From Bacillales bacterium UBA3946 (lineage in GTDB: Bacteria > Bacillota_I > Bacilli_A > ML615J-28 > CAG-698): a stretch of DNA of 64,000 bases. The stretch is from NCBI GenBank assembly GCA_002385575.1, contig DGDS01000016.1:11865-75864 (forward strand), read 5' to 3'. The notes below the pieces were generated by a model. That model ran no database searches. It was given only the letters and a program-made list of their open reading frames with translations, and had not been told where the DNA came from. Both the position numbers and the translations under genes were made by a program. Of the stretch, positions 49,183 through 58,971 are shown in pieces. The first letter of the stretch is position 1; each line of letters starts with the position of its first letter.

Positions 49183-50621
49183 GGTTTCAATCTCCGAACC
49201 GCGTTTTTATCATTATACGGGATCTTCTCATCCCCGATGATCTGGTGTTGCTCGTTTCCTTTTCCCAAAACCGCGATGATATCCCCCTTTAGAGCCCGGC
49301 GGAACGCCTCCGCGATCGCCGTCTCCCGGTCGAGGATGACGACATAGTTATCGCTCTTCACCCCTTCGAGGATGTCGGCGATGATCGCCTCAGGCGGCTC
49401 GGAACGCGGGTTGTCGTTAGTGAAAATGACGAAATCAGCAAATTCCGAAACGATTCCGCCGATGACCCGCCGCTTCCCGCGGTCGCGGTCACCGCCGCAC
49501 CCGATGACGACGTAAAGCTTGTTTTCCTTCACGCTAACAAGGAACTCCAGGACGTTGCACACGCCGTCGGGGGTATGGGCGAAATCGATCACGAAGTAGC
49601 GCTCGTCGATATTCAAAACTTCCATCCGCCCGAGGATGTTGACCCGGGAAGCCAGGAATTCGCGGACCTTGCCCGGAAAAAGTTCAAGCGCTGAAACAGC
49701 CGCGATAAAAGCCAGAATGTTATATACATTGAAACGTCCCAGAAGGTTGGTTTCGAGCGGCAGTTCCCCGCCCGGATAACGCAATAGAAACGAAGTCCCG
49801 GTGATCGCGTATTCGGGATTTTCAAAGGTATAATCGGCCCCGCTTTCTCCGTAGGTGATGACCCGTCCGCGCGCGAGCCGATAAAAGAGCCGGAAATCGT
49901 CGATCTCGAGGTTGATGATGACGTGGCTGCTTGCGTCGGCGGAATGCAGAAACAAGGCCTTCGTATATTTATAATCCTCCATCGTCCGATGGAAATCGAG
50001 ATGGTCGCGGGTCAGATTGGTTATCAGGACGACCTTGAACTCCAGGCCGTACACCCTTAACAGTTTAACGGCATGCGAGCTTACTTCCATGACGATGACC
50101 GACACTCCGGCTTTCTTGCTTTCCCGCAACACGCGGTAGATTTCGAGGATTTGCGGGGTGGTATTCTCCGTCGCGTAAAAATTGTTCATGATATAAATGC
50201 CGTTTGTCCCGATCAACGTCGCCTTTTTGTTCAGGAACTGAAAATACTTATAGATCAGGGTCGATACGGTCGTCTTCCCGTTGGTCCCGGTAATCCCGAT
50301 TAACGTAAACTGCGCCGAGAGGTTCTGATAAAAGATCTTCGCGGCTTCAGCGAGCGTCTTCTCTACGTCCATTACCACGAGGAAGTTGATGTCAGGAAAG
50401 AGGTCGCTTTTCGGCCACGGGCGGTCGCTTACGATCGTTTGGGCGCCCTTGGCGATCGCGGATATGATGAAATCCTGGCCGTCGAACCGCTCCCCGCGAA
50501 TCACAAAAAACACATCGCCAGGACTTATTTCCCGGGAATCGGTTTTTAAATCGTTAACGTGATGATTGTTCTTCAGTTTTCGCTTGAAGAGTCTGGCTGC
50601 CCTCATGTCCGCTTCCGTCAC
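49179..50621 (-). CDS. murE: UDP-N-acetylmuramoyl-L-alanyl-D-glutamate--2,6-diaminopimelate ligase
   Basis: Mur ligase P-loop GTNGKTT. The DNPR motif (FTNDNPRSE) is typical of meso-DAP-adding MurE. Confidence 0.85.
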   Translation of the reverse strand: MTEADMRAARLFKRKLKNNHHVNDLKTDSREISPGDVFFVIRGERFDGQDFIISAIAKGAQTIVSDRPWPKSDLFPDINFLVVMDVEKTLAEAAKIFYQNLSAQFTLIGITGTNGKTTVSTLIYKYFQFLNKKATLIGTNGIYIMNNFYATENTTPQILEIYRVLRESKKAGVSVIVMEVSSHAVKLLRVYGLEFKVVLITNLTRDHLDFHRTMEDYKYTKALFLHSADASSHVIINLEIDDFRLFYRLARGRVITYGESGADYTFENPEYAITGTSFLLRYPGGELPLETNLLGRFNVYNILAFIAAVSALELFPGKVREFLASRVNILGRMEVLNIDERYFVIDFAHTPDGVCNVLEFLVSVKENKLYVVIGCGGDRDRGKRRVIGGIVSEFADFVIFTNDNPRSEPPEAIIADILEGVKSDNYVVILDRETAIAEAFRRALKGDIIAVLGKGNEQHQIIGDEKIPYNDKNAVRRLKP

Positions 50622-50698
50622 TTAATTATATTAAGAGGTAATACAAGCTATGATAGAAACTTAATAAAATATGCCCAAATGAAAAAAAGGACGGTTCG

Positions 50699-52600
50699 TT
50701 AATCCGTATATAGGATTACGTAACCATCCTGAACGATCTTTTGGCCCGGTTCCGGGCTCTGGGCGATGATGATGTCTCCGTCGCCGACAATCTTGATCCG
50801 GTAATGGGGATGAAAACCGATCGTTTTCGGGTTTCTTCCGATGTAGTCGTCGACGGTGTAGAGGAACTTGTCGACCCACCAGCGGGAATCGCGGGGGATC
50901 CCGCCTTCCTGCTTTTCAACATCAAGAAGCGAAAGCGAATCAAGCAGCACTTCTTTCAGCATCGGCGCCACGATCACGCCGCCATACTGGATCGAAGTTT
51001 TCGGCTGGTTGATGGCGATATAGGCCGAGACGCGCGGATCATTCATCGGCGCGATGCCCAGGAAGGAAAGGATGTATTTACCCGGGACGTAAACCCCGTC
51101 GATCGGAATCTGCGCCGTGCCCGTCTTTCCGCCGACGCGATAACCCTCAATATACGCGCTTCGTGCCGTGCCAAGCGCCACGACCCGCTCCAGCACGTCG
51201 CGCATGACGGCGCTCGTTTCCTCGCTGATCACCCGACGGACGAACTTGGTATCCTGTTGAAAGATTAGGGTATTGGTCCCGGGAATGCCGAAGCCTTTCA
51301 GAATATGGGGGGTGTTCAGAACTCCGCCGTTTACGGCCGCATTGGCGGCGTTGATCAGCTGAATCGGCGTCACCGTGTTTCCCTGACCGAAGGCGCTCGT
51401 CGCCGTTTCGACGTTGCCGATTTTATCGGGATTGAAGACGATTCCCGTTGATTCACCCAGCAGATCGACGCCGGTCTTCTTACCGAAACCGAAGGCGTCG
51501 ATATAGGAAAACAACCTTTCTTTCCCGAGACGCAACCCGATCGTCACGAATCCGGGGTTGCACGAGTTCTGAATCACCTCGACAAAGTCCTGATCCCCGT
51601 GCCCCCCGGCCTTCCAGCAGCGAATGCGGGCGCCGTCGATGCTGATGGAGCCGGAATCATAAAATCGCTCGTCAAGGGAAAACACCTTTTCCTCAAGCCC
51701 CGCCGCATATGTGACGATCTTGAAAGTCGAACCCGGCTCGAATGACTTCCAGATCGGGAGGTTGCGATTAAACAGTTCCTGATCATATTGCTGGTAATTC
51801 TGTAAATCAAAATTAGGACGGCTCGCCATGGCGAGGATCTCCGCCGTCTTCGGGTTCATTACAAGGCCGAACACCTCGACAGGATCGTACAACGCGGCGG
51901 CATTATCCAAAACGCGTTCCAGGGTCAGCTGGATGTTGATGTCGATTGTCAAGTACAGATCAAAACCGGACGCGGGCGCTGTATAAGTCCCGGTCAGGTT
52001 CGGGTATTTATTGCCATGGGCATCGGTATAGATGTTCTGGGAGCCGGGACGGCCCATCAGGAAGTTGTCGTAAATGTATTCGACGCCGGTGATGCCCTGG
52101 TTGTCGATACCGACGATGCCGAGGACGTGGGACAGGGTGTTTCCGTACGGGTAATAGCGGACGACGTCGCTTGATACATACACCCCGTCCAAATCAGCCG
52201 CGATGATCTTTTTAGCCGTTTCGAGGCTGATGTTCTTGCCGGCAGGTTTTATGATTTCGACTGAGACGTTTTTCTGAAAGTGTGGAGCGATTTTTTCTTT
52301 TTTCACCCCAAGAAGCGCAGCGAGTTTTTCCATGGTGTATTCCTTATCCTTCACCTGCTTGGGAATGATCGACACCGTGGGAGCTAGGGTGTTCCCGACG
52401 ATGAGCTTGCCATTACAATCGAAAATTTTTCCTCTTTGCGTGCTCACCGGGATATTGCGCGTCCATAACTTGAAAGCTCTATCAATATATACTTCTCCTT
52501 TAACAACCTGAACATAACCGACACGAACGGCAATTATAAAAAACAAAATAAAAAAAACATACAACAGCGTGATAATCCGGTTTCTGATGGTTTTCATCAT
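50699..52600 (-). CDS. spoVD: Class B penicillin-binding protein (SpoVD / PBP2B, FtsI family)
   Basis: N-terminal TM, dimerisation domain, transpeptidase motifs (STFK, SSN in SCNPG region, KTGT), and a C-terminal PASTA-like tail. Confidence 0.8.
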   Translation of the reverse strand: MMKTIRNRIITLLYVFFILFFIIAVRVGYVQVVKGEVYIDRAFKLWTRNIPVSTQRGKIFDCNGKLIVGNTLAPTVSIIPKQVKDKEYTMEKLAALLGVKKEKIAPHFQKNVSVEIIKPAGKNISLETAKKIIAADLDGVYVSSDVVRYYPYGNTLSHVLGIVGIDNQGITGVEYIYDNFLMGRPGSQNIYTDAHGNKYPNLTGTYTAPASGFDLYLTIDINIQLTLERVLDNAAALYDPVEVFGLVMNPKTAEILAMASRPNFDLQNYQQYDQELFNRNLPIWKSFEPGSTFKIVTYAAGLEEKVFSLDERFYDSGSISIDGARIRCWKAGGHGDQDFVEVIQNSCNPGFVTIGLRLGKERLFSYIDAFGFGKKTGVDLLGESTGIVFNPDKIGNVETATSAFGQGNTVTPIQLINAANAAVNGGVLNTPHILKGFGIPGTNTLIFQQDTKFVRRVISEETSAVMRDVLERVVALGTARSAYIEGYRVGGKTGTAQIPIDGVYVPGKYILSFLGIAPMNDPRVSAYIAINQPKTSIQYGGVIVAPMLKEVLLDSLSLLDVEKQEGGIPRDSRWWVDKFLYTVDDYIGRNPKTIGFHPHYRIKIVGDGDIIIAQSPEPGQKIVQDGYVILYTD

Positions 52601-53122
52601 TCACCACTTCCGATACCATTATATGTTTTTTATATTGACTCATAACTAATTGGCATAAAAATATCATAATATAGCGATATATTAGTTAAATACGCTTAAT
52701 TACTATTAGATACAGTTTAATTAATATTAAAATAAAGTTTTATGCTTATTAACACTTTTTTTAAGTTCGTATGCTTTACATTATTACCATTATAATGGAT
52801 GGATTTCTTTGAGAGTATTGGCTTGAATATACTTGATAATATTAATTAGATTTCAACAGAAACCATAACAAATAATGCGCTTAAACAAATAAACTTAAGC
52901 GCATTCTTATATTATTTAGTAAATAAAAAAGATATTATTTTTACTTTTTTTCCATATATAAAAAACATATAACAGACCAAAAACGTGGTTACTGACATCC
53001 CGTCATGCGTTTTTGCTTCCGTCATATGTTTAATTCAAAACTTGCAACCTGTCAGGTGATTACTTCTTTGGACGCGGGGCGATTGGTTTCGGTAATGGTC
53101 TGAAATTGCTCATGACTTCCTC

Positions 53123-54058
53123 CTAAAGTTTCTCTAAAATTCGCATTTTGGCGCTGCGAGCGCGGCGGTTGACGGAAATCTCCGTTTCCGTGGGTTCGAT
53201 CACCCGTTTGTTGACAAGACGGTATTTACGGATGATATCCCTTTCTCGTACGGGCAGATCCCTTGGGATTGCCGGTTCTGTGTACTTGCGATAGGTTTGT
53301 TTGACAATTCTGTCTTCCAGGGAATGAAAGCTGATGACTACCGTTCTTCCGCCCTTTCCCAACAGCGTGATGGCATCATTAAGACTAACCTCGAGGTTTT
53401 CCAACTCGTTGTTCACGGCTATTCTTAATGCCTGGAATACTTTCTTCGCCGGATGCGAATCCTGGCGTCTGACGTACGGGGGGACGGATTTCAACACGAT
53501 CTCCACAAGCTCCATCGTCGTCGCGATCGGCTTTTTCTCCCGCGTCGCGACGATCCGTCTTGCGATCTGCGCTGCAAACCGTTCCTCGCCGTAGCGAGCA
53601 AATATGTCCTTCAACTGTTCGTATGAATTATAATTGACTATGTCGTAAGCGGACAGGATTTGTTGGCGGTCCATCCGCATGTCAAGCGGTGCGTCCTGAT
53701 GATAGCTGAACCCCCGTTCCGCCAGGTCAAACTGTAAGGACGAGACGCCCAGATCATACAAGACCCCGTTGACCTGCCGGACGCCAAGTTCCGCCATCCG
53801 CGCTTTGAGATTAATGAAGTTTTCCGGGATGATCGTGAAGTTCGAAGCGATTCCGGCCAGGCGGTCGCGGCTGCCCGGGATGATGTCCAGGTCGCGCTCG
53901 AAGCAATAGAGATGACCTTTATCGGAAAGCCGCTTCAGGATCTCCGCCGCATGCCCGGCCCCGCCCATCGTACAGTCTATATATATGCCGTCAGGCTTGA
54001 TATTAAGACCGGTTATCGCCTCTTTTAATAAAACCGGGATGTGCCGCGTCTCGCTCAT
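53123..54058 (-). CDS. rsmH: 16S rRNA (cytosine1402-N4)-methyltransferase RsmH (MraW)
   Basis: SAM motif DCTMGGAGH and full-length MraW pattern. Confidence 0.9.
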   Translation of the reverse strand: MSETRHIPVLLKEAITGLNIKPDGIYIDCTMGGAGHAAEILKRLSDKGHLYCFERDLDIIPGSRDRLAGIASNFTIIPENFINLKARMAELGVRQVNGVLYDLGVSSLQFDLAERGFSYHQDAPLDMRMDRQQILSAYDIVNYNSYEQLKDIFARYGEERFAAQIARRIVATREKKPIATTMELVEIVLKSVPPYVRRQDSHPAKKVFQALRIAVNNELENLEVSLNDAITLLGKGGRTVVISFHSLEDRIVKQTYRKYTEPAIPRDLPVRERDIIRKYRLVNKRVIEPTETEISVNRRARSAKMRILEKL

Positions 54059-54483
54059 AGGTCAAAATCGATTTCCTCGCTGATGTCCTCGAGTAAATCG
54101 CGGCGTTCGCCATAATAGCGTTCCCATTCGCCCTTGTCCCAGATCTCGATCCGTTCGCCGACGCCAAGGATCACGCATTCCCGCATCATCCCGGCGTAAT
54201 CGAGCAGGAGCGGGTCGATGTTGATCCGGCCCTTGTTATCAACCTCGCGACGATAAGCGCCGGAAAGAAATAACCGGTTAAACTCGCGGTTCGTTTTTTT
54301 GGTGAAGGAGAGGGAGGACAGTTTTTCCGTTATCCCGTTCCAGGCCGCTTCCGGGTAGAGGTACAGGCATTTTTCAATGCCGCGGGTGACGATCACCGTC
54401 ACCCCCAGATTCCCGCGCATTTCGCTCGGGATGAACAGGCGGCCTTTTTCATCAATTGTGTAGTGGTATTCGCCAATGAACAT
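54055..54483 (-). CDS. mraZ: Transcriptional regulator MraZ
   Basis: Tandem MraZ repeats (MFIGEYHYTIDEKGRLFIP...). Start at MFIGEY rather than the longer ORF-track start. Confidence 0.85.
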   Translation of the reverse strand: MFIGEYHYTIDEKGRLFIPSEMRGNLGVTVIVTRGIEKCLYLYPEAAWNGITEKLSSLSFTKKTNREFNRLFLSGAYRREVDNKGRINIDPLLLDYAGMMRECVILGVGERIEIWDKGEWERYYGERRDLLEDISEEIDFDL

Positions 54484-54631
54484 AATACTCTCCACTTTTC
54501 CCCACATTAACCCACTTATAGTGTATCATAATCATTTTTTAAATGCAAGCAGAAAAAATAAAAAAAATCAAAATTAGAGCAAAAATAAAAAAGTACTCAC
54601 TGATGAGTACTTTTTTATCGGGATAAAGAAA

Positions 54632-54925
54632 TCACTTTTCCTTTTCTTGTTTTGCGGATTTGGCTTTTTTCGCTTCTTTTTTGGCTTCTTTCTTTGCCTT
54701 TTTGTCGGTCTTGGTTTCGGCAGCTGCTTCTTCTTTGCTTTCCTTAACCTTAATTTCTTTTACCAGTTTCCCGTCATAGTAACCGCAAAACTTGCAAACG
54801 GTATGGGCCAATTTCATTTCCCCGCAATTCGGGCAAACCATCATTCCCGCCAGGTCGAGCTTATAATGGGTTCGCCGGAGACGTTTTCTCGTTTTCGAGA
54901 CGCGTCTTTGTGGGACTATTGCCAT
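54632..54925 (-). CDS. rpmF: 50S ribosomal protein L32 with an unusual Lys-rich C-terminal extension of about 40 aa
   Basis: [23 protein letters not shown] plus the zinc ribbon CPNCGE..C..CGYY, then [37 protein letters not shown]. Confidence 0.85.
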   Translation of the reverse strand: MAIVPQRRVSKTRKRLRRTHYKLDLAGMMVCPNCGEMKLAHTVCKFCGYYDGKLVKEIKVKESKEEAAAETKTDKKAKKEAKKEAKKAKSAKQEKEK

Positions 54926-54953
54926 AATCAATCACCTCTTCTTTTTCTAGATT

Positions 54954-55349
54954 TTACAGGGTTTCCCCTTTCACAACGCGCATCGGTTTTTCCAGCAGGA
55001 TGCTTTCCCAAATGACGGCGCGCAGATCGATCGTGTTTTTCTCGATCAACCGCACATCGTCGCCTTCATCATCCCTGGTAAATACTTCAACAACATCCAA
55101 CTCCAGCGGGAATTCAACAGGATCAAGCGTCACCGCATCCTGTAGATACAACTCGACGGATATATGAATGTCGAATTTGAAACGGTCTTCACCAATCTGG
55201 ATACCGGTACCCTTGACGACGGCCGGCGTGATGCCGAGAATGTCGTCATACCTTTTCGCTTCCTCCGCGAAATCATAAACCGCTTCGAAAGGGAAGGCTT
55301 CCTTACCGTACTTATACAATTGTTGTAAAGACCATTTCATAGCATCCAC
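54954..55349 (-). CDS. yceD: YceD/DUF177 family protein (large-subunit accumulation protein), upstream of rpmF
   Basis: Conserved position upstream of rpmF, acidic 131-aa protein with the DUF177 pattern. Confidence 0.75.
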   Translation of the reverse strand: MDAMKWSLQQLYKYGKEAFPFEAVYDFAEEAKRYDDILGITPAVVKGTGIQIGEDRFKFDIHISVELYLQDAVTLDPVEFPLELDVVEVFTRDDEGDDVRLIEKNTIDLRAVIWESILLEKPMRVVKGETL

Positions 55350-55399
55350 CTGATAACCTTATTTATTATACTCTTTTTTACATCTGAAGTCAATCATTT

Positions 55400-56635
55400 T
55401 CACTCACGATCGGGGCAATATTTCCTGATCGTCGCCGCTAGCCCCTTGATCCTGGCAAGGGGAACGGCGCAGATCGCCACCCTGATCGATTGATGGAAGG
55501 GCAGGAAGAAATAGTGTTCGTTTTCCTGCAGTTCCCGCACTACCCGTTCGTTGTCCGCGACGGGCACGGTCAGGAAGAACCCGCCGTGATAGGGATGAAC
55601 GGGCAGATTGGCATCCTGCGCCTCGGCGCGGAAGGCTTCGGCCCGCTTATGCAGCTGCCCGGCCACAACCTCAATCTCTGCATCAAGGGCGCGACGACGG
55701 TTTTCGTCGGAAGCAAGCGCGGTCATGAGCGTGATCATCGCCCGGTTTGTGTTGCTCCAGGTATGGCGGGCATGGAATCCCATCGCGTCGTAAAGGGTTT
55801 TGACGGTGGCGGTATCCCTGCCCAAAAGGATCAAGGCGCCGAGCCGCTGCCCGTACGCGCAAAACGATTTCGACGCGCTGAAAGCGATCGCGATAAGGAC
55901 ATGCGGTGCGGCTTGGGTAAGGAGCCGTAATTTCGCCCGCGCCGCTTCCCGGCCGGCGCCGTCGTAATCAAGATATGCGATGTCATATATGAGGACGCAT
56001 GGCGTATTTTTCCCGTTCAGATAGGCAATTAGGCGTTCCAGTTCTTCCGGGCTCAGGGTATAGCCGGTCGGGTTATGACAGGGGTCGTTAAGGATGACCG
56101 CGAGTTTTCCGAATCGGCCGGCCAGTTCGTCCCCCTTTTCACAAAATCTCGCAAAATTAAACGCATCACCTTGAAACAGCGGAAACCTTTCCGCCCCAAC
56201 CCCGCTTTCAGCAAGGATTCCCACGTACGGTCCCCAGGCCAGATCCGGTAGCAGCGCGCTTTCGCCGCGATCGAGCGTGAGATGGACGGCGCTGCTGATC
56301 GCGCCCGTGCCGCCCGGGGTCGGGACGACCTTCACGGCAAGGTTTTCTTCGATCTGTGCCCGGTGTTCCCGGAAGACCCAGTCGAGGACAGCGGAAGTAA
56401 AGCGCTCGCCGCCGGTGATCGGGGCATAGGAAAAACGATCCTCGTCGGGCATGGACGCAAGGATTTCCTTAACCGTCCGATACCCGCGGAAGGAACCGTC
56501 ATCGTAGTAAAAGGTTCCAAGCGTAGCATCAAGGACGTCAAAACCGGCGCGGCGCGCGGCTTTGGCCTGCTGCGAAAAAGAAAAACCGTCGCCCAGAAGC
56601 GCTTTTCCCGCGGCGCGTTTACTGATCAAGCCCAT
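55400..56635 (-). CDS. PLP-dependent aminotransferase, class I/II (aspartate/aromatic aminotransferase-like)
   Basis: LNDPCHNPTGY and SASKSF (PLP-Lys) motifs, 411 aa. Confidence 0.7.
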   Translation of the reverse strand: MGLISKRAAGKALLGDGFSFSQQAKAARRAGFDVLDATLGTFYYDDGSFRGYRTVKEILASMPDEDRFSYAPITGGERFTSAVLDWVFREHRAQIEENLAVKVVPTPGGTGAISSAVHLTLDRGESALLPDLAWGPYVGILAESGVGAERFPLFQGDAFNFARFCEKGDELAGRFGKLAVILNDPCHNPTGYTLSPEELERLIAYLNGKNTPCVLIYDIAYLDYDGAGREAARAKLRLLTQAAPHVLIAIAFSASKSFCAYGQRLGALILLGRDTATVKTLYDAMGFHARHTWSNTNRAMITLMTALASDENRRRALDAEIEVVAGQLHKRAEAFRAEAQDANLPVHPYHGGFFLTVPVADNERVVRELQENEHYFFLPFHQSIRVAICAVPLARIKGLAATIRKYCPDRE

Positions 56636-56642
56636 AAATTAT

Positions 56643-57185
56643 TCATCTTCCTTTCGTTAATAGGCGCTCTCGGTATTTATATAAGAGAACGAGCGTTTTC
56701 GCGTCGGTGATTTCCCCCGCGTCAACCATCCTATATACTTTCGTGACCGGAAGACATACGAGGGCCACATCCTCATCGGCATCCAAATGCCGGCCGGAAG
56801 ATACGGTAAAGTCATCGGTAAAGAAAAGGTGGATCACTTCGTCGGTATATCCGGGGGAAGGATAGAGCTTGCCCGCCGCTTCCAGGCTTTTTGCCTTGAT
56901 TCCTGTCTCCTCGGTAAGTTCCCGCGCCACGGTTTGTCCCGGTTCCTCGCCCGGTTCGATCTTCCCGGCCGGGACTTCGAGAATCTCCCGGTGATACGGA
57001 TGGCGGTATTGGCGGACAAGGTAGATATGGCCGTCCCTGGCTGCCAGGACGGCGGCGCCGCCTGGATGCTCGACGATCTCACGGACGGCCGACTGGCCGG
57101 CGATCATGATCTCGTCGCGGCGCAGATTAATGATCTTACCGGTGTAGACGCGTTTGCTCGTAAGTGTTTTCGGCTGTTCTTCCAT
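56643..57185 (-). CDS. NUDIX hydrolase (ADP-ribose pyrophosphatase-like)
   Basis: Nudix box GKIEPGEEPGQTVARELTEETG. Confidence 0.75.
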   Translation of the reverse strand: MEEQPKTLTSKRVYTGKIINLRRDEIMIAGQSAVREIVEHPGGAAVLAARDGHIYLVRQYRHPYHREILEVPAGKIEPGEEPGQTVARELTEETGIKAKSLEAAGKLYPSPGYTDEVIHLFFTDDFTVSSGRHLDADEDVALVCLPVTKVYRMVDAGEITDAKTLVLLYKYRERLLTKGR

Positions 57186-57245
57186 GCAATCACCGATATG
57201 ATTATAATATAATCACAAGGCAAAAGCAAATAAAAAAAGATAAAA

Positions 57246-58187
57246 CTATACCGTCTTATCTTCTTCGCTTAATTCAAACATTCGGATGAATTTCTTGATC
57301 GCCTGGGCCGCGAAAATGAAATTCTGCGCCGTCACGTAATCTTTGTCGATGATGATCAGGCCCTTAACATAATAAAGCAGGACGAGGAAATAAAAGTAAT
57401 GGCGGTAAAAGGGATCCTCGTACTTGTCAAGATAGGGAAGGGTGATGTTCTTGATGTCGAAATTCAGATGCTCGTTTTCAATGTAGAACTTCGCCATGTC
57501 AAGCGACGGGATGCCCATCTTCGCCTTCTCGATGCTCGTGAGGTAATGCTTACCGGCGCTCGTCAACAGGTGGCTTGTTTTCGGGTTGTTATGGATGAAG
57601 GCGTAGTTGACGCTTTTTTTCTCCTTGATCGCCCCGATCAGGCTTTTATGCAGTTCGCCCATGATCTTCTTCGCGTCGAGCAGGTACTGGTAGTTCTTCA
57701 GGATGACGATGCTGTACTCGTCAAACGGCCGAGTCTCGACGGAGCGGACGAACATTTCCAGGACAGCGAACTTGTAATCAAGGTACTCGAAGAGTTGTTC
57801 CATGTTGCGCCGGGAAAAGTCGACTGACAGCTGGCGCTTGAAATAGGTGTTGTAATGGAGTGAGGAAAGCTCGTCAGCCAGATTGACGGCCTTGATCTCA
57901 CCGACGATCTCGTGGTGGGGATAATAGGCGCTTAAGAACAGGAAGTTCTTGTTGATATTGGTGACGAAGTTTCCCTTGACGTTTTTCAGCGGATAGGCGA
58001 TGTTGGCAATGCCCTGGTCATAGAGGAAACGGTACTTCTCCTGGCTGTAGATGTTGCTTCTTTTGACGAAATAACAATCTCCGCCCTCCCGGCACCGCAG
58101 CCGGAATGTTTTCGCGGAAAGCGGCTTGTAAGAGGAAAAGCGCAGGTTGTATAAGTCGCCGAGCTTGGCGAAGATGTCACGGTTCAT
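57246..58187 (-). CDS. CotS/YsxE-like protein-kinase-fold (phosphotransferase) protein; putative spore coat component
   Basis: Kinase-like catalytic-loop remnant FIHNNPKTSHLL (cf. HGDLHHGN). Tyr/Lys-rich and AT-richer than neighbours. 4-nt overlap with the upstream ORF. Confidence 0.4.
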   Translation of the reverse strand: MNRDIFAKLGDLYNLRFSSYKPLSAKTFRLRCREGGDCYFVKRSNIYSQEKYRFLYDQGIANIAYPLKNVKGNFVTNINKNFLFLSAYYPHHEIVGEIKAVNLADELSSLHYNTYFKRQLSVDFSRRNMEQLFEYLDYKFAVLEMFVRSVETRPFDEYSIVILKNYQYLLDAKKIMGELHKSLIGAIKEKKSVNYAFIHNNPKTSHLLTSAGKHYLTSIEKAKMGIPSLDMAKFYIENEHLNFDIKNITLPYLDKYEDPFYRHYFYFLVLLYYVKGLIIIDKDYVTAQNFIFAAQAIKKFIRMFELSEEDKTV

Positions 58188-58915
58188 TTTATAATGATGC
58201 GTTTTTTATTCAGAAAGTCGGTTTCGCGGTTGTCGCTGTAGATCTTGTCGGGACTGACTTGCTCGCGCTTGCAGATCGATTCGATGTCGCTTTCCTTGGT
58301 CGTATAATAGACGCGGTAACTGGCGTAGCTATTCCTGATGCTTCCGATCGCGCTTTTGCATTCCTCTTTTTTTTCGGCGCCGCGCACCGTGACTTTCTTC
58401 GCCTCCGCGAAAAAATTATCGTCCCGGCTTTCCAGCACTTCCTTTAACAGGGCGTCGTATTTCTGGTTGATCTCCTCCTTGACCGCCTCGTCGTCGATTT
58501 CTCCTTCGATGTCCAATTCCCCCGCCGTGATCTCTGCCGGCGTCAGCGTTTCCCCGGAAGCGGCCATCCCGGCATCGTCTTTTTTTTCCGCGTCTGCCTT
58601 CGGTGAATACTCAACGAGGATGTTGAAATTACACTCGATCCCGTGGTTGATGATTTCCTGACAGGAGAAATCCTGTACGGCGATGTTGTCGATGTGGTAG
58701 TTCTTATCCTTGAAGACGAGCGTGAAGGGAACGGTTTCGGAAAACGGGTACACCTCGTCGAGATTGTCCCGGATGTATTTGCCCCGGATTTCGATATTGC
58801 CGTTGAGCGTGTCGCCCCTTAACTCATAATCGCCGATCTGGCAGTCGACATGGTTGACGTTCGCCATTTTTTCCAGTTTAACCGACGCGTCGCAACATAT
58901 TCTAAGTTCCATCAT
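58184..58915 (-). CDS. Acidic hypothetical protein; possible SpoVID N-domain-like morphogenetic protein
   Basis: 243 aa with a structured N-terminal ~100 aa, then a Glu/Asp-rich low-complexity segment and no LysM. Forms an operon with the CotS/YsxE-like gene, reminiscent of Bacillus spoVID-ysxE following ysxC. Confidence 0.3.
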   Translation of the reverse strand: MMELRICCDASVKLEKMANVNHVDCQIGDYELRGDTLNGNIEIRGKYIRDNLDEVYPFSETVPFTLVFKDKNYHIDNIAVQDFSCQEIINHGIECNFNILVEYSPKADAEKKDDAGMAASGETLTPAEITAGELDIEGEIDDEAVKEEINQKYDALLKEVLESRDDNFFAEAKKVTVRGAEKKEECKSAIGSIRNSYASYRVYYTTKESDIESICKREQVSPDKIYSDNRETDFLNKKRIIIK

Positions 58916-58971
58916 AACCCTCCAGATAGTAAATTCTATGTCTAAAATAAAAAAAATAGAACCGGAGGGTT

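Noticed and set aside
52700-53060. 37-codon ORF (MTEAKTHDGMSVTTFLVCYMFFIYGKKVKIISFLFTK) considered as a diverged mini-FtsL.
   Set aside because: It is too short for FtsL (no coiled coil), and it has no RBS. It is kept only as a remark within the ftsL-gap finding.
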